A stretch of DNA of 63,867 nt, filler included, from Collodictyon triciliatum (GCA_043381765.1; 5 parts of 4 records of this genome joined end to end with filler, not necessarily neighbours in it); one strand, 5' to 3'. Counted from the first letter of the whole stretch, positions 43,232-63,703 are shown. The notes: generated by a model not told the origin, from the sequence alone. Program-made: numbers and translations.

Positions 43232-43583
43232 CTAGGAGGTCTGTGCCGGCGGGTCGGCCTCGAGAGGGCTCTTGGGCGCGTGCCTTGTGACCTTGGGCTG
43301 CTTCTTGGGCGGGGCGTCATCGCTGGATAGGGGCTTGGAGGACCACACGGGCTTGAAGGCGTCGACCAAGGAAGGCCCGTCCATGAAGAGATTCGGGAAG
43401 AGCCAGACCTCGCGCTGGGCAAAGCGGCGGTAGTAGAGATGCAGCACGTAGCGCAGCGGGACGAGCGCAAAGATGGCCGCAAGCAGGCCCATCGAGACAT
43501 AACCCACGGCATGGCGCAGCCAGTCCGGCCAGACGGAATGCATGCAAGCGGCAAGGGCAAGGGCAATCACGCCGACGCCGGCA
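43232..43583 (-). CDS. SEC62: Translocon subunit Sec62, C-terminal part (5'-truncated at scaffold end)
   Basis: ACMHSVWPDWLRHAVGYVS-TM-R...WLFPNLFMD...FKPVW matches the Sec62 TM1-WP-TM2-WLFPNL pattern. Confidence 0.8.
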
Positions 43584-43683
43584 NNNNNNNNNNNNNNNNN
43601 NNNNNNNNNNNNNNNNNNNNNNNNNNNTTAATTAATTAANNNNNNNNNNNNNNNNNNNNNNNNNNNNNNNNNNNNNNNNNNNN
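43584..43683. other. Artificial scaffold-joining spacer
   Basis: TTAATTAATTAA at 43628-43639 within Ns. Confidence 0.97.
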
Positions 43684-46600
43684 CAGTCTCAGTCTCAGTC
43701 TCAGTCTCAGTCTCAGTCTCAGTCTCAGTCTCAGTCTCAGTCTCAGTCTCAGTCTCAGTCTCAGTCTCAGTCTCAATCTCAGTTTCAATCCCAATCTCAA
43801 TCCCAGTCTCAATCTCAGTCTCAGTCTCAATCTCAATCTCAATCTCAATCTCAATCTCAATCCCAGTCGCAGTCTCAATCACTTGAGCCTGAATTAGTCC
43901 CAATAACTGAAAATATTACCCCGACATCTGGCAGTGTAGGTGGAGGAAAAACGGTAACTATATCAGGTTTGAACTTTGGTGATACATCGCCCATTTCTGT
44001 TCTTATTGGAGACTATGAATGTACCAACCCCAGGAGATCATCTCCCGAATCTGTCGTTTGCGTTACCTCTCCCTCAACAGAGGTCGACACATTCGAAGTT
44101 TTCGTATATGTTAATGGTCGAAAAGGCAGGAGTCAGACGACCTATGAATACTTACGTCCACAGATAAATTCTGTATATCCTCTTGTCATTCCTGTTGATT
44201 CTGCCCTTCTTTCCAATCAATTGGTGACGATTACTGGAAAGTCACTTTTCACTCTGGATGTCAGCCTTTACGACGTTAATATTGGAGTCGGCAAATGCTC
44301 TTCTATCAGGGTAATATCGGACACAGACATATCATGCATCGCGCCTCCCGGTGTTGGAAGAGTTAAACCCATAGCATTAAGTCTGAATGGTATTCAGGCC
44401 ATCTTAGGCCCTGGTGGTGTATCTATTGACTATTCTGCTCCGTTCATCAGCACTCTTAGCCCGAACTCAGGGTCAGTTGCAGGTGGATACAATGTAACAT
44501 TGATTGGAAATTCGTTTGGATACAGTCTCCTGGGAGGGTCTTTTAGCGTCACACTCAGCGATAGCCAAAGTCCTCCTAAAACAGTCTCAGCAAATCTCAT
44601 TCACCGTCGCTCAAATTTCGTCCTTATATTCCAGATGCCAGAAGGACCCGAAATTGGTCTCTTCCGTGTGATAGTTGAGGTCGCTGGCCAAACCCCATCA
44701 TCTCTCGATGCATTTTCTTTTATCCCAGAGGTTCAGAGAATGGAGCCCAGCTTTGGTCAGAGCGGTGGAGGTACGACGATAACAATTTTCGGACCACGCT
44801 TTTCAGATGACACTGTTGTATTCATCGGTTCCAGTGCCTGTACCAATCCCACTCTTCTTGATACGAAAAGAATCACCTGTGTGACTCCTCCGGGGATTGG
44901 TAATAATATCGGTGTCTATGTCATTAGCAATGGGCTCCGTAGTTTAACAGTCCCTCTATGGTCCTATCGAACACCTACAATAACTTCAATCAATCCGTCC
45001 AATGGACCCGCTGTCGGTGGTGTGGTCGCCACCATTCAAGGACTTTATCTAGGATCTATCCGACCTAGCGAATCTACAAAGGTAGCAATCGGGGCGATGT
45101 ATGCAGCTGTCGATTTTTCAGCCTCTACAGATTCAAAAATTGTTTTGACCATCCCACCCGGCCTTGGAAAATCTCTGTCGGTTACTGTATACATCGATTC
45201 CACCGTGTCAAATTCCCTTATATGGTCATACGATTCCCCCGAAATTACCAAATCTTTAAGTCCCACTCGGTCGTCTTTAACTGGACTTATTCCTGTATCT
45301 ATTGTCGGAAGAAACTTTGGTTCGTACCAATTTGACCAGCAGGCAAAAATAGGAGAATCTGCTTGTTTACCCACGACCTGGGTGAGTGATTCGCTTGTAA
45401 TTTGTTATGCACCCCCGCGTCTAAGTCCCGCCAGCAACCTTCCTGTTACTGTTACAGTATCTGCCTCATCTAGTGTAGTGAATGAATTATCCAGATTTGA
45501 ATATTTTTCCACCGGAATAATAAGCATTCAACCCCCAAGCGGACCTGTAAACGGAAATTTCCAGATATCTATTACGACCGAAAATGAATCTTCAGATATT
45601 ATGGATGTGACTTTCACAAGGAACGGAGCTAGAATAGGTCCATTCCGGGCCTCAAAAGGGGGTAATAGTATCTACCTCCTGAACATCCCCCAGCAAACCA
45701 CACCCATTCCTACTGGGGATTATTCTATGGAGATTGTTACTACCACCAGAACATATTCTCCTGAACCATACTTTTTCTACAATACTGTTATAGCCACGGG
45801 AATTGAGCCAAAGAGAGGAATTTACAACTCTCGCACTCCTGTGACTATAACTGGAAGTGGATTTTCTCCACGACTATTCAATCTCATCAAGGTCTTCTTT
45901 TCCCCTAACAGCGCTCAAAGTTGGTTTTCGATTCTAGATAATACCAGATTATTTTCATTCACTCCTGAAACCAACACTCCAGGCAAATATTCAGTTTATG
46001 TTACTCTGAATGACATACAACTCCCAAGCGATATGGTATTTTCATATTTCACTATCCCCATTCCGATTGTCTCTGCGCAATACAGCCGGGATTTGACGAG
46101 CATAAACATTTTGTTTGAGAGTGACACGAACCAAGGAGAATTTCTCCCTGGCAGGAGTACATGTAATAGCTTTTTGAACCAAACGACGATTTCACTGATT
46201 GGTTCTTCGTCGTCATGTATTTGGTCTGACTACAGAACCCTCACTGTCTTCCCTGGCACCTTGCCCCCACTCAAAAGTAGCATCGCCATAAATGATGCGT
46301 CCATCGTAGCCCGAGGAAAAATTAGAGAATCTAGGGACATCTATCCCTTTAGCTCCGGCTCGGTAGAATTATCAGTGTCTGATGTTGTTAGACCTGTTGC
46401 ATCTCTTATGGGTAGCACGTTTGGACAGTGCTCTCCTTTCTTCCTGGATGGGTCTTACTCTTTCGGAGGAAAGGCAACCTTCCAATACAAATGGGAGTTG
46501 TTGAGATCTGAGCCCGCCTACGAACTTGACGATCTTACTGCTTTGATCTCGACACAAAAATCGTCTGTAATTCGAATCTTACCAAGCAACAGTGATATCA

Positions 46601-49600
46601 TATCAAAACTCCCCACTGGTACGAGCTACTTCTTTAAGCTCACCGTAACAAATATTTTGGGGTTGACTGATGAGGCTTTTGCGACTGTATACCGCTCCGA
46701 ATATGACTTGCCTACAGGATTTGTCTCGGGATCTCAGACAACGCGGATCACGAGCAATTTACCTGTAACATTTACAGCATTCTCTATTACATCCTTGTGT
46801 TCTAATGACGCCGTCTCTGCCTCTGAGTTCGTATGGGGAATTTCTAGCAATGTTAGTAGTAAGATTTCAGATTTTGGAATCACAGAATCGCAGAGCCGCC
46901 AGCGAAAACTTAACTTCAAAGAATACGTATTTCGGCCTCTGATTGGAAAGCAGTTCAAATTGAGTCTCACTATCAAGGATATAGCCACTTCACATCTGGC
47001 TACATATTTCGTAGATGTTATTGTCACAAATGCTGAATACGCGTCAACAATCCTTGGAGGTAATAGAACTGCTAGTATTAACGAAGAAGTACCGTTGAAA
47101 GCTCTTGCCACAGACTATGATGATCCTCAAGGTGTTTTCTCTTACTCATGGACTTGCCGAAGAGCTACCGGTTCCCTCCCTTGTAACTTTGTTATCCCAA
47201 ATGAACCCAGTATTATCATTCCAGTATCTAGTATATCTGCGGGTTCATATATCTTCTCTGTCACTGCATCAAGAAATAACCGCAACGTCACTGCCTATTC
47301 TTACATCTCATACCAAGCTGGTGTAATTCCTATATCGACCTTGAGTGTACTTCCATCACAGGATTCTCTATTTTCGGAATCAACCGTTATAGTTTCTTCC
47401 ACAACCAGGAACTCTGATTCTTCTGCTGGCAGGTTCACGTATTCTTGGTCGGTGGCTGACGACTACTTGGATATCACATCCTCATCAATTATAATGAATT
47501 CAGTGAGAAGCGGATTTACCATCTTACCTAACCAGCTGCAAGCACGTGTTCCATATCAATTTATTTTGAACACTACGGACCAGTCTGGTAACACCGGACG
47601 AAGCTCTGTCTCTATCGTTCCGAATGGTCCACCCATAGGGGGTTCATTTACATCTAGCCCGTCCAAAGGAGTCACATTCCAAACTCTTTTTTCATTAACA
47701 GCAGCTGATTGGGAGGACAAGATTGAAAATACGCCGCTTTCATATGCTTTCTACTATAAAGATAACTCTATGAATGTACCTGTTCTGTTGATTAAGTCCA
47801 ACTCGTACTTTTTCGACACTTTTCTTCCATCTGGAGAGTTGACTATTACCTGTGAAGTGAGCAATCGATATGGTTCTAAGGTTCAGTTGACTTCGAAGGT
47901 TTCAGTTTCACCTCTGGAAGACTCGACTGTCATTACTGTAATTGCTAAAGCTAGTGCCCTTTATTCGGCTTCCTCTGATGGATATTTTGTTCTTTACATT
48001 TCTAACGTCGGCTTAAAGGAATTAGGTTTTTCAGCTGCATTTCTTAACCCATTTTATCTTTGACATTTTAAATATGCACTTTTACTTTTGGAATTATAAC
48101 TTACGCAACTAAAATATGTCTATAGGCAATAATTATGTACAAGACGTCTTGGTAAAGAACAATGTGACACTGAGCTCGCTTTTAGATCCAATAGCAAACA
48201 ACACACTATATGCATGGTACAAAGTGGCTAAGCTTCCGGATACGCTGAATTCAGTTTCATCCATCATATTCTACTTGTCCAATAATATTGCAGTCTTAAG
48301 TCAGGGGACTGCTGTTTCGACTACAATCGAACTCACCACCGATGCCATTACAAATCTCTTAGTCTTGGAGTCTTCTAACCAACAAATTTCGTCAGATACA
48401 TACATTGTAAGCATACATGGAGACTCAATCCATAGAATTGAAAGAAAATTTCAAGCAGTAGTAGTGGTAATAAATGAGACAACAATTTAAATGTAACTCT
48501 AACATCCCTTCTTTCTTTCTTTTTGTTTTCTTTTCTTTCTTTCTTTCTTTCTTTTTTCTTTTTTTTCTTTTTTTTCTTTTTTTTCTTTTTTTTCTTTTTT
48601 TTCTTTTTTTTCTTTTTTTTCTTTTTGTTAAAATTTCAGAATTTCTACAACTCTATAAGCAAGTTCTTGTCCTTCACGAACCTGAAATTCGCTGGAAGAA
48701 GCAAGAAAGAGTTTTCGAGACAGGAGCTCATCAGTTTTTCCCTGGTTTCCCTTGAAAAGTTGGGTCAGGGAGAATCAATCCGCACAATATGCGGCACTGA
48801 AATGTTGAACAAGACTTCTAACCAATTTTCGAGATACCTGTTCAGCGGTAAGGCTTGCCTTAATTACCAATTACGTTAATGTACAGATTAATGATGCCTT
48901 TCGAAATTAAGTATCTTTATCATTTTGTCTCCAAGACTCTTCCGGTCGCAACTATTCTGTCGCAAACACAGCAGAGGCTGATTTTTCATTTGAAAATCTG
49001 GCCACGGACTCTCGATGCCTTTATGGCTGGCTTGGTTGGATTGATTTTGGTTTCTTCTCCAACATAACCGAGGGAGTATTTACAAGAGAGAACAGGTCAG
49101 TATTCGAATTTGAAAAGAAGGACTCTCTTTGCTCTGGTATTTCAGTACGCATGAATTTTTTTCTCATGTCAAACTCATGCTAATAAGCTATATATAATAC
49201 TTTCAGGGTACTCTCCCCCTTGATGTCGGCTCATTTCTATTTGAAGAATGGCACCACTGTACTTGATTTATACAACGCAACAATCGATGAATTCAAATAT
49301 GTTGTTCGCATCAATGTAACAATCGATAGAGGAGGTGACCTATCTCCTTTCTTAATGCGCACTCGGGTTTTGATAACCTGGGATTATCTTTTTTTTTTTT
49401 TTTCAACAGCCCAGCCATCCCGATCATCATAAATAGATTCAATAACGGACGATTTTAGTGCTCATTGATCTAATTAATAATAATCAATAGAACTTCCCTC
49501 TTGTCTGCACTGGAGTGACCATAACCTCATCGCAGCTAGCAATGCGACGTGTATTCCGTTCTACGACCAGAAGAATCGCCAAGCCAGCTGCACTTGCTCA

Positions 49601-49861
49601 CAACCGGGTTACATCGCCATGTATGCCGTAAAGCGCCCACCTGACTCATCCTTCACCGATGCTGGCACAGGATATATTGGCACCATCATTGCTGCAATCA
49701 TCCCGGTGGCCATAGCATTTATAATTGCTTTGCTAGTGGCCATTATATTTGCAGCTAAGAGGCGGAGAAGAGGCGATGGACTTGCGGACCACATGCCCGG
49801 GGTCGTAACGTTCTATGACCCCATCAACCAGGAATGGGCTGTCTATGCCATGGGCGAGTGA
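43684..49861 (+). CDS. Large single-pass surface protein: (QS)n spacer + ~8 IPT/TIG repeats + REJ-like module + degenerate GPS + TM (5'-truncated)
   Basis: Frame is open from the scaffold start through a ~4.3 kb exon. TIG starts include PTSGSVGGG..VTISG, PNSGSVAGG, PSFGQSGGG and PSNGPAVGG. REJ-like motifs: LDGSYSFG, ILGGNR, DYDDP..FSYSWTC, NGPPIGG..SPSKG..QTLF, WED..PLSYAF, VSNRYGS. Five further exons end CLHW...C...CTCSQPG, TM IGTIIAAIIPVAIAFIIALLVAIIF, KRRRR. Confidence 0.85.
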
Positions 49862-50296
49862 TGACCCCCGCCCAGCTCCTGATTTTTTTTTCCCCTCACT
49901 CTTTATCCTTGCTCCACCTAACACACCCTTTTCTTATCTCTACCTGCCACTTGTTCATTTCCCTCTCTCGCGCACTTGCCCATCCAATTACGCAACTGAT
50001 AACTCCACTTCCAAAACATGGATTGAACGAGATAAAAGAAAAATTAAAGAGAAAGAAAGAACCCAAAAATTTACACCGGTTGAAATTTTTGATTCCAAAT
50101 TAGTAAGTAGGTTTGATCAAAGGTTGACAAAAATGAAACTTGATGAAGCGATGCAAAAAAACAGGAAACCAGCAAACCAGCAAACAAAGCGAAGCAAATA
50201 TAAATAAGAAAACAAGAACCAAAAACAACAAAAATAGGACACACACACAAAAAGGAAGAAAAAGGAAAGAGAAAGAACCAAGGACGTAGGCCGCGT

Positions 50297-51823
50297 ATGT
50301 TCAGCCTCCTATTCGGCCTTTGGCAACAGTTTTTTCGCAAGGCCGAGTTTTATGTATTGATGGTCGGACTTGATCGGGCCGGAAAAACAGTAAGGGACTC
50401 TTGATTTTCTTATTTTTTCTCAAAGTTTCACCACTTCTCCTTCACCCTACTCTTTCGATAAATGTTTCCATGAAGCAAATAACAATAATAACATATAACA
50501 ATAATAATAACAATAATAATAACAATAATATAAATAATAATACATAATAATAACAATATATAACAAATAAACAATAGTAATAACAATAATAATAACAATA
50601 ATAATAACAACAATAATAATAACAACAATAATAACAACAATATTAATAACAATAATAATAATAATAATAATAAAGCAAATAATACTAAGCAATAAGAATT
50701 AAAAAGAAAGAATGAAGAACACCCTTTCTAAAACGAAAAAATAGACATTGCTTGAGTTCCTCAAGGGCAAATACCAGGGCATCGAGCCTCTCCCGCCCCA
50801 GAAGATATGTCCCACAGTGGGGCTCAACAGTAAGTGAAGCTCGATTGTTCCAGCCATAATTCTTGCCAATGTTTCTAGCTACAGATTTTACGAGAGCGTA
50901 CAACTTGGCTGTTCAAAGTCTTGTGTGTTTTGTTCGCTATCACCCGCTTTTTTTTTTCTTTCTTTCTCTTTTTTTTAAAATGGTTATAGCCCATCAATCA
51001 ACATGTTAATTCGTCTGAAAACGAGACACGAATTATCAATTCTTTTTCGTTCATGTAGTTGGAAAATTCGACGTCAGCCGCGCAAAGGTGATTTTGTGGG
51101 ATCTCGGAGGACAAACCAGTCTTCGCAGTATCTGGGATAAGTATTACAGCGAAGCAGACGGAATCATCTTTGTGATCGACTCTGCAGATGTTGCCCGGCT
51201 GCTTGAATCGAAAACAGTGTTGGGTAGGCACATCTTGTCATGAAAATATTCGCTCCTGCGACACGTCCTTTATCACACTGTTTTCTTACTCTCGTGCTCA
51301 CTTGATAGTCCCATAGACGATAAAACTATTGCCACTGAAAGCTTTCTTTTCTTTTTTTCTTTTATCATTTTCATACAATGCCCTGAGAGATCATATCATT
51401 CTAGAATCTGTTCTTCAACATCCCGACGTCGATGGGCTTCCGATATTGATACTGGCGAACAAGCAAGACCTCCCGCATAAGATGAGCTTGGCAGATATTA
51501 ACGCACACCTGGGAACACAGTCGATACATGCCCGCCCCAGCCACATCCAAGGCATTTGCGCTCTTTCTGGGTATACTGATGACACTTTCATAGACATTCA
51601 CATGCGGTCGTGTCTATTTTCTTCCATATATTTCTTGCTGCTGTTTCGTGGGGGTGAAGCTGATTGCATTGTGTAATGAAGCCATATATGTATTTTGTGG
51701 GTGTTATTGATTCTTTTGTATGTGCTACTTGATGTATTCAGCGAGGGTGTGGAGGACGGACTGGAGTGGCTACTTGAGCACCTTCACCAGCAGCGGAATT
51801 CCAGTGCCGGACAAAGCAAATAG
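50297..51823 (+). CDS. ARFRP1: ADP-ribosylation factor-related protein 1 (yeast Arl3)
   Basis: 5 exons: MFSLLFGLWQQFFRKAEFYVLMVGLDRAGKT|TLLE..PTVGLN|IG..LWDLGGQ..IWDKYY|..LANKQD..CALSG|EGVEDGLEWL. The MF start without Gly2 is typical of ARFRP1. Confidence 0.93.
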
Positions 51824-52293
51824 TCGTAATCGAGATGCTCTTTATTTTTTTCTATGAAGAATCTCCAGTAAATCCTCTCTCTTTTTTTTTTTTAAGATAT
51901 AATCTTTGTGTATATTGATTACGACCAGAGAATAATCCACGCGATGTATTTCTTTTTCTCAAAGAAAAGAACTCGGGTATCCTTCACCCACAACAATATT
52001 ACTGCAACCCTTCTTGACATTCACTTCTTGGAATAAATCAATTTAAAATACAACTAAGAGAAGCAAAAAAAAAAAAAAAAAATTCTTCAAATGCACATAA
52101 TGAAAAAGTGACATTATTTGACACTAGTTATCACGTTTGTTGATTTTATGTATTCCTTGCTGAATCATTTTCACAACGGAATATTGTTTGGACTAATTTT
52201 GGGGATATGAGGACACACTCAGTTTGTAAAAGTCCGGTTCGGTGCTTGTTATATTCAATACAAACGCAGCATGCAAACAACCAACACTGTTGT

Positions 52294-58707
<6,414 letters not shown>

Positions 58708-58767
58708 CTATTCATGCAAAAAAAATATAGAAAAAATTAGTATAAATATAAATATAAATATAATTAT

Positions 58768-58865
<98 letters not shown>

Positions 58866-58965
58866 NNNNNNNNNNNNNNNNNNNNNNNNNNNNNNNNNNN
58901 NNNNNNNNNTTAATTAATTAANNNNNNNNNNNNNNNNNNNNNNNNNNNNNNNNNNNNNNNNNNNN
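58866..58965. other. Artificial scaffold-joining spacer
   Basis: TTAATTAATTAA at 58910-58921 within Ns; preceded by (AGT)n at 58769-58865. Confidence 0.97.
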
Positions 58966-59332
58966 AGAAAAAAGAAGAAAAAAGAAGAAAAGAGAAGAAA
59001 AGAGAAGAAAAGAGAAGAAAAAAGAAGAAAAAAGAAGAAAAAGAGAAAGGAAATGGAACTTCCTCCAAAAAAAAAAACTCAAGTCGGAGCACCCCCACTC
59101 AAAGCGCCACAATCATCATATCAAATAACTCTGAGTATATGCATTCTTGAAATGAAAGATCGCCTCTCACTCAATCAACGAGGCAGCAACCCACAAAACC
59201 CACAGAGACTCTCCCCTCCTTTCCGCATTTCTTTTATTTCTCTCTTCATCTTCTTCCCTTTCCTTCGCATCTCTCTTCTCCTCTGACTCGCTCACATGCC
59301 CAACTCTGCGACAGACACGCAAAGACCATCCT

Positions 59333-60036
59333 ATGAGCTCGGACGGTGAACCTGCCTCCGAAGGCGCGGCTGAAGGAGCAGAGCCCCGGACATGGAGATC
59401 GCATCCGCTTTCGCAGTCGGCTGCCGCTTCAAAGTCTCAGCCGTTCAAGCCGAAGCCTCCCCGTCGCGAGTCGGCCGGGCATTGGGACGATCGGGAGTCG
59501 TCGTCCGCCTCTGTTCCAACAGGGCAGCAGCGGCGAACGAGGTAGTTTGCCCCAGCAGCTTTGTTATGTCTCTCGTTTCTTTTTCCTTTTTTCCCTTTTT
59601 TTCCTTTCCTTTTTCCTACCTTTTTCTTTTCTTTTCTTATTTTATCCTTTTCTTTTCTTTTCTTTGCTTTTCTTTTCTTCTTTTATCCTTTTTCTTTTTC
59701 TTTTTCTTTTTCTTTTTCCTTTTTTCTTTTTCTTTTTCTTTTTCTTTTCTTTTCCGTTCCTTTTCTTTTCTTTTCTTTTCCTTTCCTTTTCTTTTTTTTT
59801 TATCCTTTTTCCTTTCCTTTTCTTTTTCCTTTCCTTTCCTTTCCTTTCCTTTCCTTTCCTTTCCTTTCCTTTCCTTTCCTTTCCTTTCCTTTNNNNNNNN
59901 NNNNNNNNNNNNNNNNNNNNNNNNNNNNNNNNNNNNNNNNNNNNNNNNNNNNNNNNNNNNNNNNNNNNNNNNNNNNNNNNNNNNNNNNNNNNTTGCCTTT
60001 TTTTTTTTTTTTTTCTTTCTTTTTTTTTCTTTTTTT

Positions 60037-60080
<44 letters not shown>

Positions 60081-62775
60081 CCTTTTTCCTTTTTTCCTTT
60101 TTTCTTTTTTCTTTTAAAATAATTTTTTTTTCTGGTGGCCTCGCAAGCAACATACAGTCTACCCCACGCGAGGATGCATACGAAGACCCAGAATATGAAG
60201 AGGAACCAGACGACTCCGAAAATGGCCATGCGTACTCCGAAGAGGCTGGAAATGAGCAAGACGAGCGGGATTACAAACGACAGCCGCAAAGCCTTCGAAA
60301 TCACATTCGCCGAGCAGTTTTCCGCCGCGGCCCGCACTCCGCGCGAGGTCCAACAAAGGTCAAAGGATTCGATCAAAATGCACCTTTAAACACATCACGC
60401 AGTGACCCAGGAATCAGAAGAAATACGCGGGAGATACAAGGCTACGGCCAATCACAAGTGCAGAGACAGATTCAGACGAACCGCAGTGCGAATCAAAATC
60501 ATGCCAGCCGTTTGCCTCCCTTGGTTCGAAGTGGTCAGAAATCGGATGAAAGTTCCGTCGACTATTCAAGAGACAAAGCTAGCAAGCATAGTACATCAAA
60601 TTCTATTAATCTTTTTGCCACTCCCTCAATCATTATATCCATTTCTGTTCAATTTTGTAAAATTTATCTCTTCACGAATAAGTTAAACCTACCTCTGGAG
60701 TGCTTGTTTCTATGTTGTTTATTATTATTTTGCAGAATAATTTGCAGCAATGAAAAATGTCCCTTTTCTCTCACTTTCTCTCTCTTTTTTTTTTTAAAAA
60801 AAAAACTGGACTATTCTTAGGCAATCACAGCCTGATAAGTCAAAGGACGCCAAGTTACGGCAGTCATACGATTCACCCACATCCACCAGCAAAATCTGGA
60901 CACACAGACCAAAGACCAACTAATAGAAACGCACGCACAAACTCCGGAAGACTTCGAGGAAATCCCTCCTTTGGCTCCCTTCGCCATGGTTAGCTTTTGG
61001 TCATCGTGCATTATATTTTTAATGAATTACCTTTTTTAAAATACATTTGGCCATGGACCATATATCTCATTATTTGATCATTATTTCAATCATGCATCTA
61101 AAGCACTGCGTTTCTTCATCTTTTTTATCACCTTTTGGCATCGAAATAAGATGAAAATCACATCGGATACACCAGTCACGTTGACCACACAGGCAATCGA
61201 GGAGGCCGATCGAATGTAAATTCAATAGTCCCATCTTTAATCCCACAGTAATATCTCTCATAGCAGTCATTTACATGTACAATTACACCGCCTTTGCCAA
61301 TAATATTATGAGGCTATTTGGATTAAATAACATCAACTTTTTCCTTTTCTTCTCTAAACTCTCCCAACACATATTTGCAGATGGAGCAAGTGCATCGCTT
61401 TTATGGGCTTGACAAGCTAGATTCCTTGGGTGTTTTCCCGTTCAAAATGGCCATGGACCCAAAGAAGGTAGAATGTATCAAAACTCTCGATTGCAGCTAT
61501 GATGCTCAATGTTTCCTTTTCGTCTATCAAAGCGTTTATTGTACTCTACTTCTCTGGTTGATACATGTGTTATGTCTAAAAGGTGCCACAAAACGAATCT
61601 GGGGGAGTACGATTCAGCCGCCTGGAGCTGAGAATGGCTTTTTCATTTTTTGATACCAACCATGACAATGTATGTCATTCAAAATAGTCATTTTTACTTG
61701 ATACTCCATATTTAGTGTTGCAAGTGTTTTCTTTTCCAATTTGTAAATTTAATTCACACACTACAGTCCATATCAATGAATGAGTTGCAAAGGGTTCTGA
61801 GCAACTTCTTTCCTTCATCAAAAGCTGAGGACTTAAAAGGTTAGAGCGTGCCTACTTTTTCTATATTGCTCTCTCTTGTTATCTCAATAGCCCTGAGTTT
61901 GTATGGCTGCGTAAAAAAAGTATCACTTGCATAACTCTTCAAATACCCATATTTTGAATTTGACGTACTTATATACAGGTATTCTGGGCAAAGAGGAGTT
62001 TAGGATTGAAGATTTAGAGGACTTTCTTCTGTTTAATGAACTGAAGAACTTCGACCCTGTTCGCGATATATTTTGTGTACAGTCTTCAAAAACTAGCTCA
62101 TTAAAATTTTAGATAATCTGAAAAATCTTCAAATAAATACGCACAAATATTTCTGTTTCTCATTTTTTTTTCAAATATAAATATAACGACCATCCGTTCA
62201 AATACTCATACTAGTTTGTGTCTTTATAATGCAGTTATATGACCCGCAAGAAACTGGTTACATGTCCGTAGATTCCTTGCAATTTTTCATCGAAAACCTA
62301 GGATTGGATGAGCTTTCCAGTGAAGACATGGAGGCTTTAATCCAAGCCGCAGACGTAGACCAAGACGGGCGTATTGGTTTAGACGACTTTCGCAACATGA
62401 TAAAGGCAAAGTATGAGCTATTCTTTTTCGATTTTTATGTTTGAACAATTAAGGCGCTATATGCTGGGTCTTCATCACAACACTATGACGCTTTATAGTG
62501 CGCAGAAGTATGTTGATTTCGGTGCAGCTGAGTTTGAAGGAATGGATGAAGAAGATGCCCTTGATGAGTTGATACAGGCAGAAATACTGGGATATGAAGA
62601 TGGAGACCAGCAACATGAAGAGCAAAAGAATGCAAAGGAAATCCTTGGAGAATCATCCATGAGAAACGATAACGAAAAGGAAGCGGAACCACAGTTACCA
62701 GAAATTCATGTAGAGTCAAAAGACTCTCGACCGTCAAACAAATGGGACGTAAACGGAGGAGATGATGATTTGTAA
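59333..62775 (+). CDS. EF-hand (calmodulin/centrin-like) protein with long disordered N-terminus and acidic tail
   Basis: About 10 phase-consistent exons. ELRMAFSFFDTNHDNSISMNEL, FDPVRDIFCLYDPQETGYMSVDSL, ADVDQDGRIGLDDF. Stop TAA at 62773-62775. Confidence 0.82.
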
Positions 62776-63703
62776 CATAACAATCTTTTCATTTCTTACT
62801 TTTTTTTTTGTTTCTTTATCTTCAAACCCTAATAAATAATCAGCTTCAGGTACTAAACCATCGCCTCTGTCTGCGCACAGGTGGCTTTTGCTGAGTTGGT
62901 GGGAATTGTCATAATCTAACCGTTTATCTAAGAGTCCGAAAGACTTGCAATCCCTTTCAGGTTCTAATAGACAGGCATGAGTGCACAAAGCTTTCTGCAA
63001 GATGGAAAATATCTTTTTCTTCAACTTTCATTTTTAATTATAATTTCGACATTGTATTGACAAGTGTAGATGTATGAAAAAAGCAATATGTGACTTCACT
63101 TACCTATCGTATCGACAACTTAAAATGGAACATAGTATCGCCTTATCAAATAGCTCTTTTGAGATACGAATGAGTGGTGATGATATAGATATGCATTGAG
63201 AACAGTATGACCTGGCACGGGAATGAAAATCGGAATAGAGCAAAGCTGGTATTGTCAAGAGACTTTTTTTTATTAGCATCGTACATTCGGAGATGAGTTT
63301 GATGTAGATTCATTGTTTTATTTTTAGCATGTTCAGGGAAGAGCGAAAAATATATGTTGAAAATAGAGGCGCAGCGCAATCTGTATCCTGAGATAAGCTC
63401 ACGCTTCCTGTGATGAAGAAGCTTTATATGCAACAAGAAATCAATAATTCTGCCCATCTTGTATGGCCATGCGCGGTCTTTCAGACACACAGATGTTCCG
63501 GTGGTCAGCACCTCGGTTTGTGAAGGGATTGTGTGCTTGGAATATGTGTAACGAACGAATTGTTTTATGAGAATGCCCTGATGACGGTTTCTCTCGTACT
63601 TTAATTCAAAGCCGTGCGCTTTTCCATTGCATGACCAAATGTTTGGACTCGCTTCCAGCTTTTGACTATCGGCGGGTCTATAATGCCTATAGTTTCGGCC
63701 CAT
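62734..63703 (-). CDS. Possible 3' part of a hypothetical protein
   Basis: Non-repetitive ORFs at 63146-63703 and 62734-63024 with plausible GT/AG sites. No recognisable motif; frame and strand are uncertain. Confidence 0.25.
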
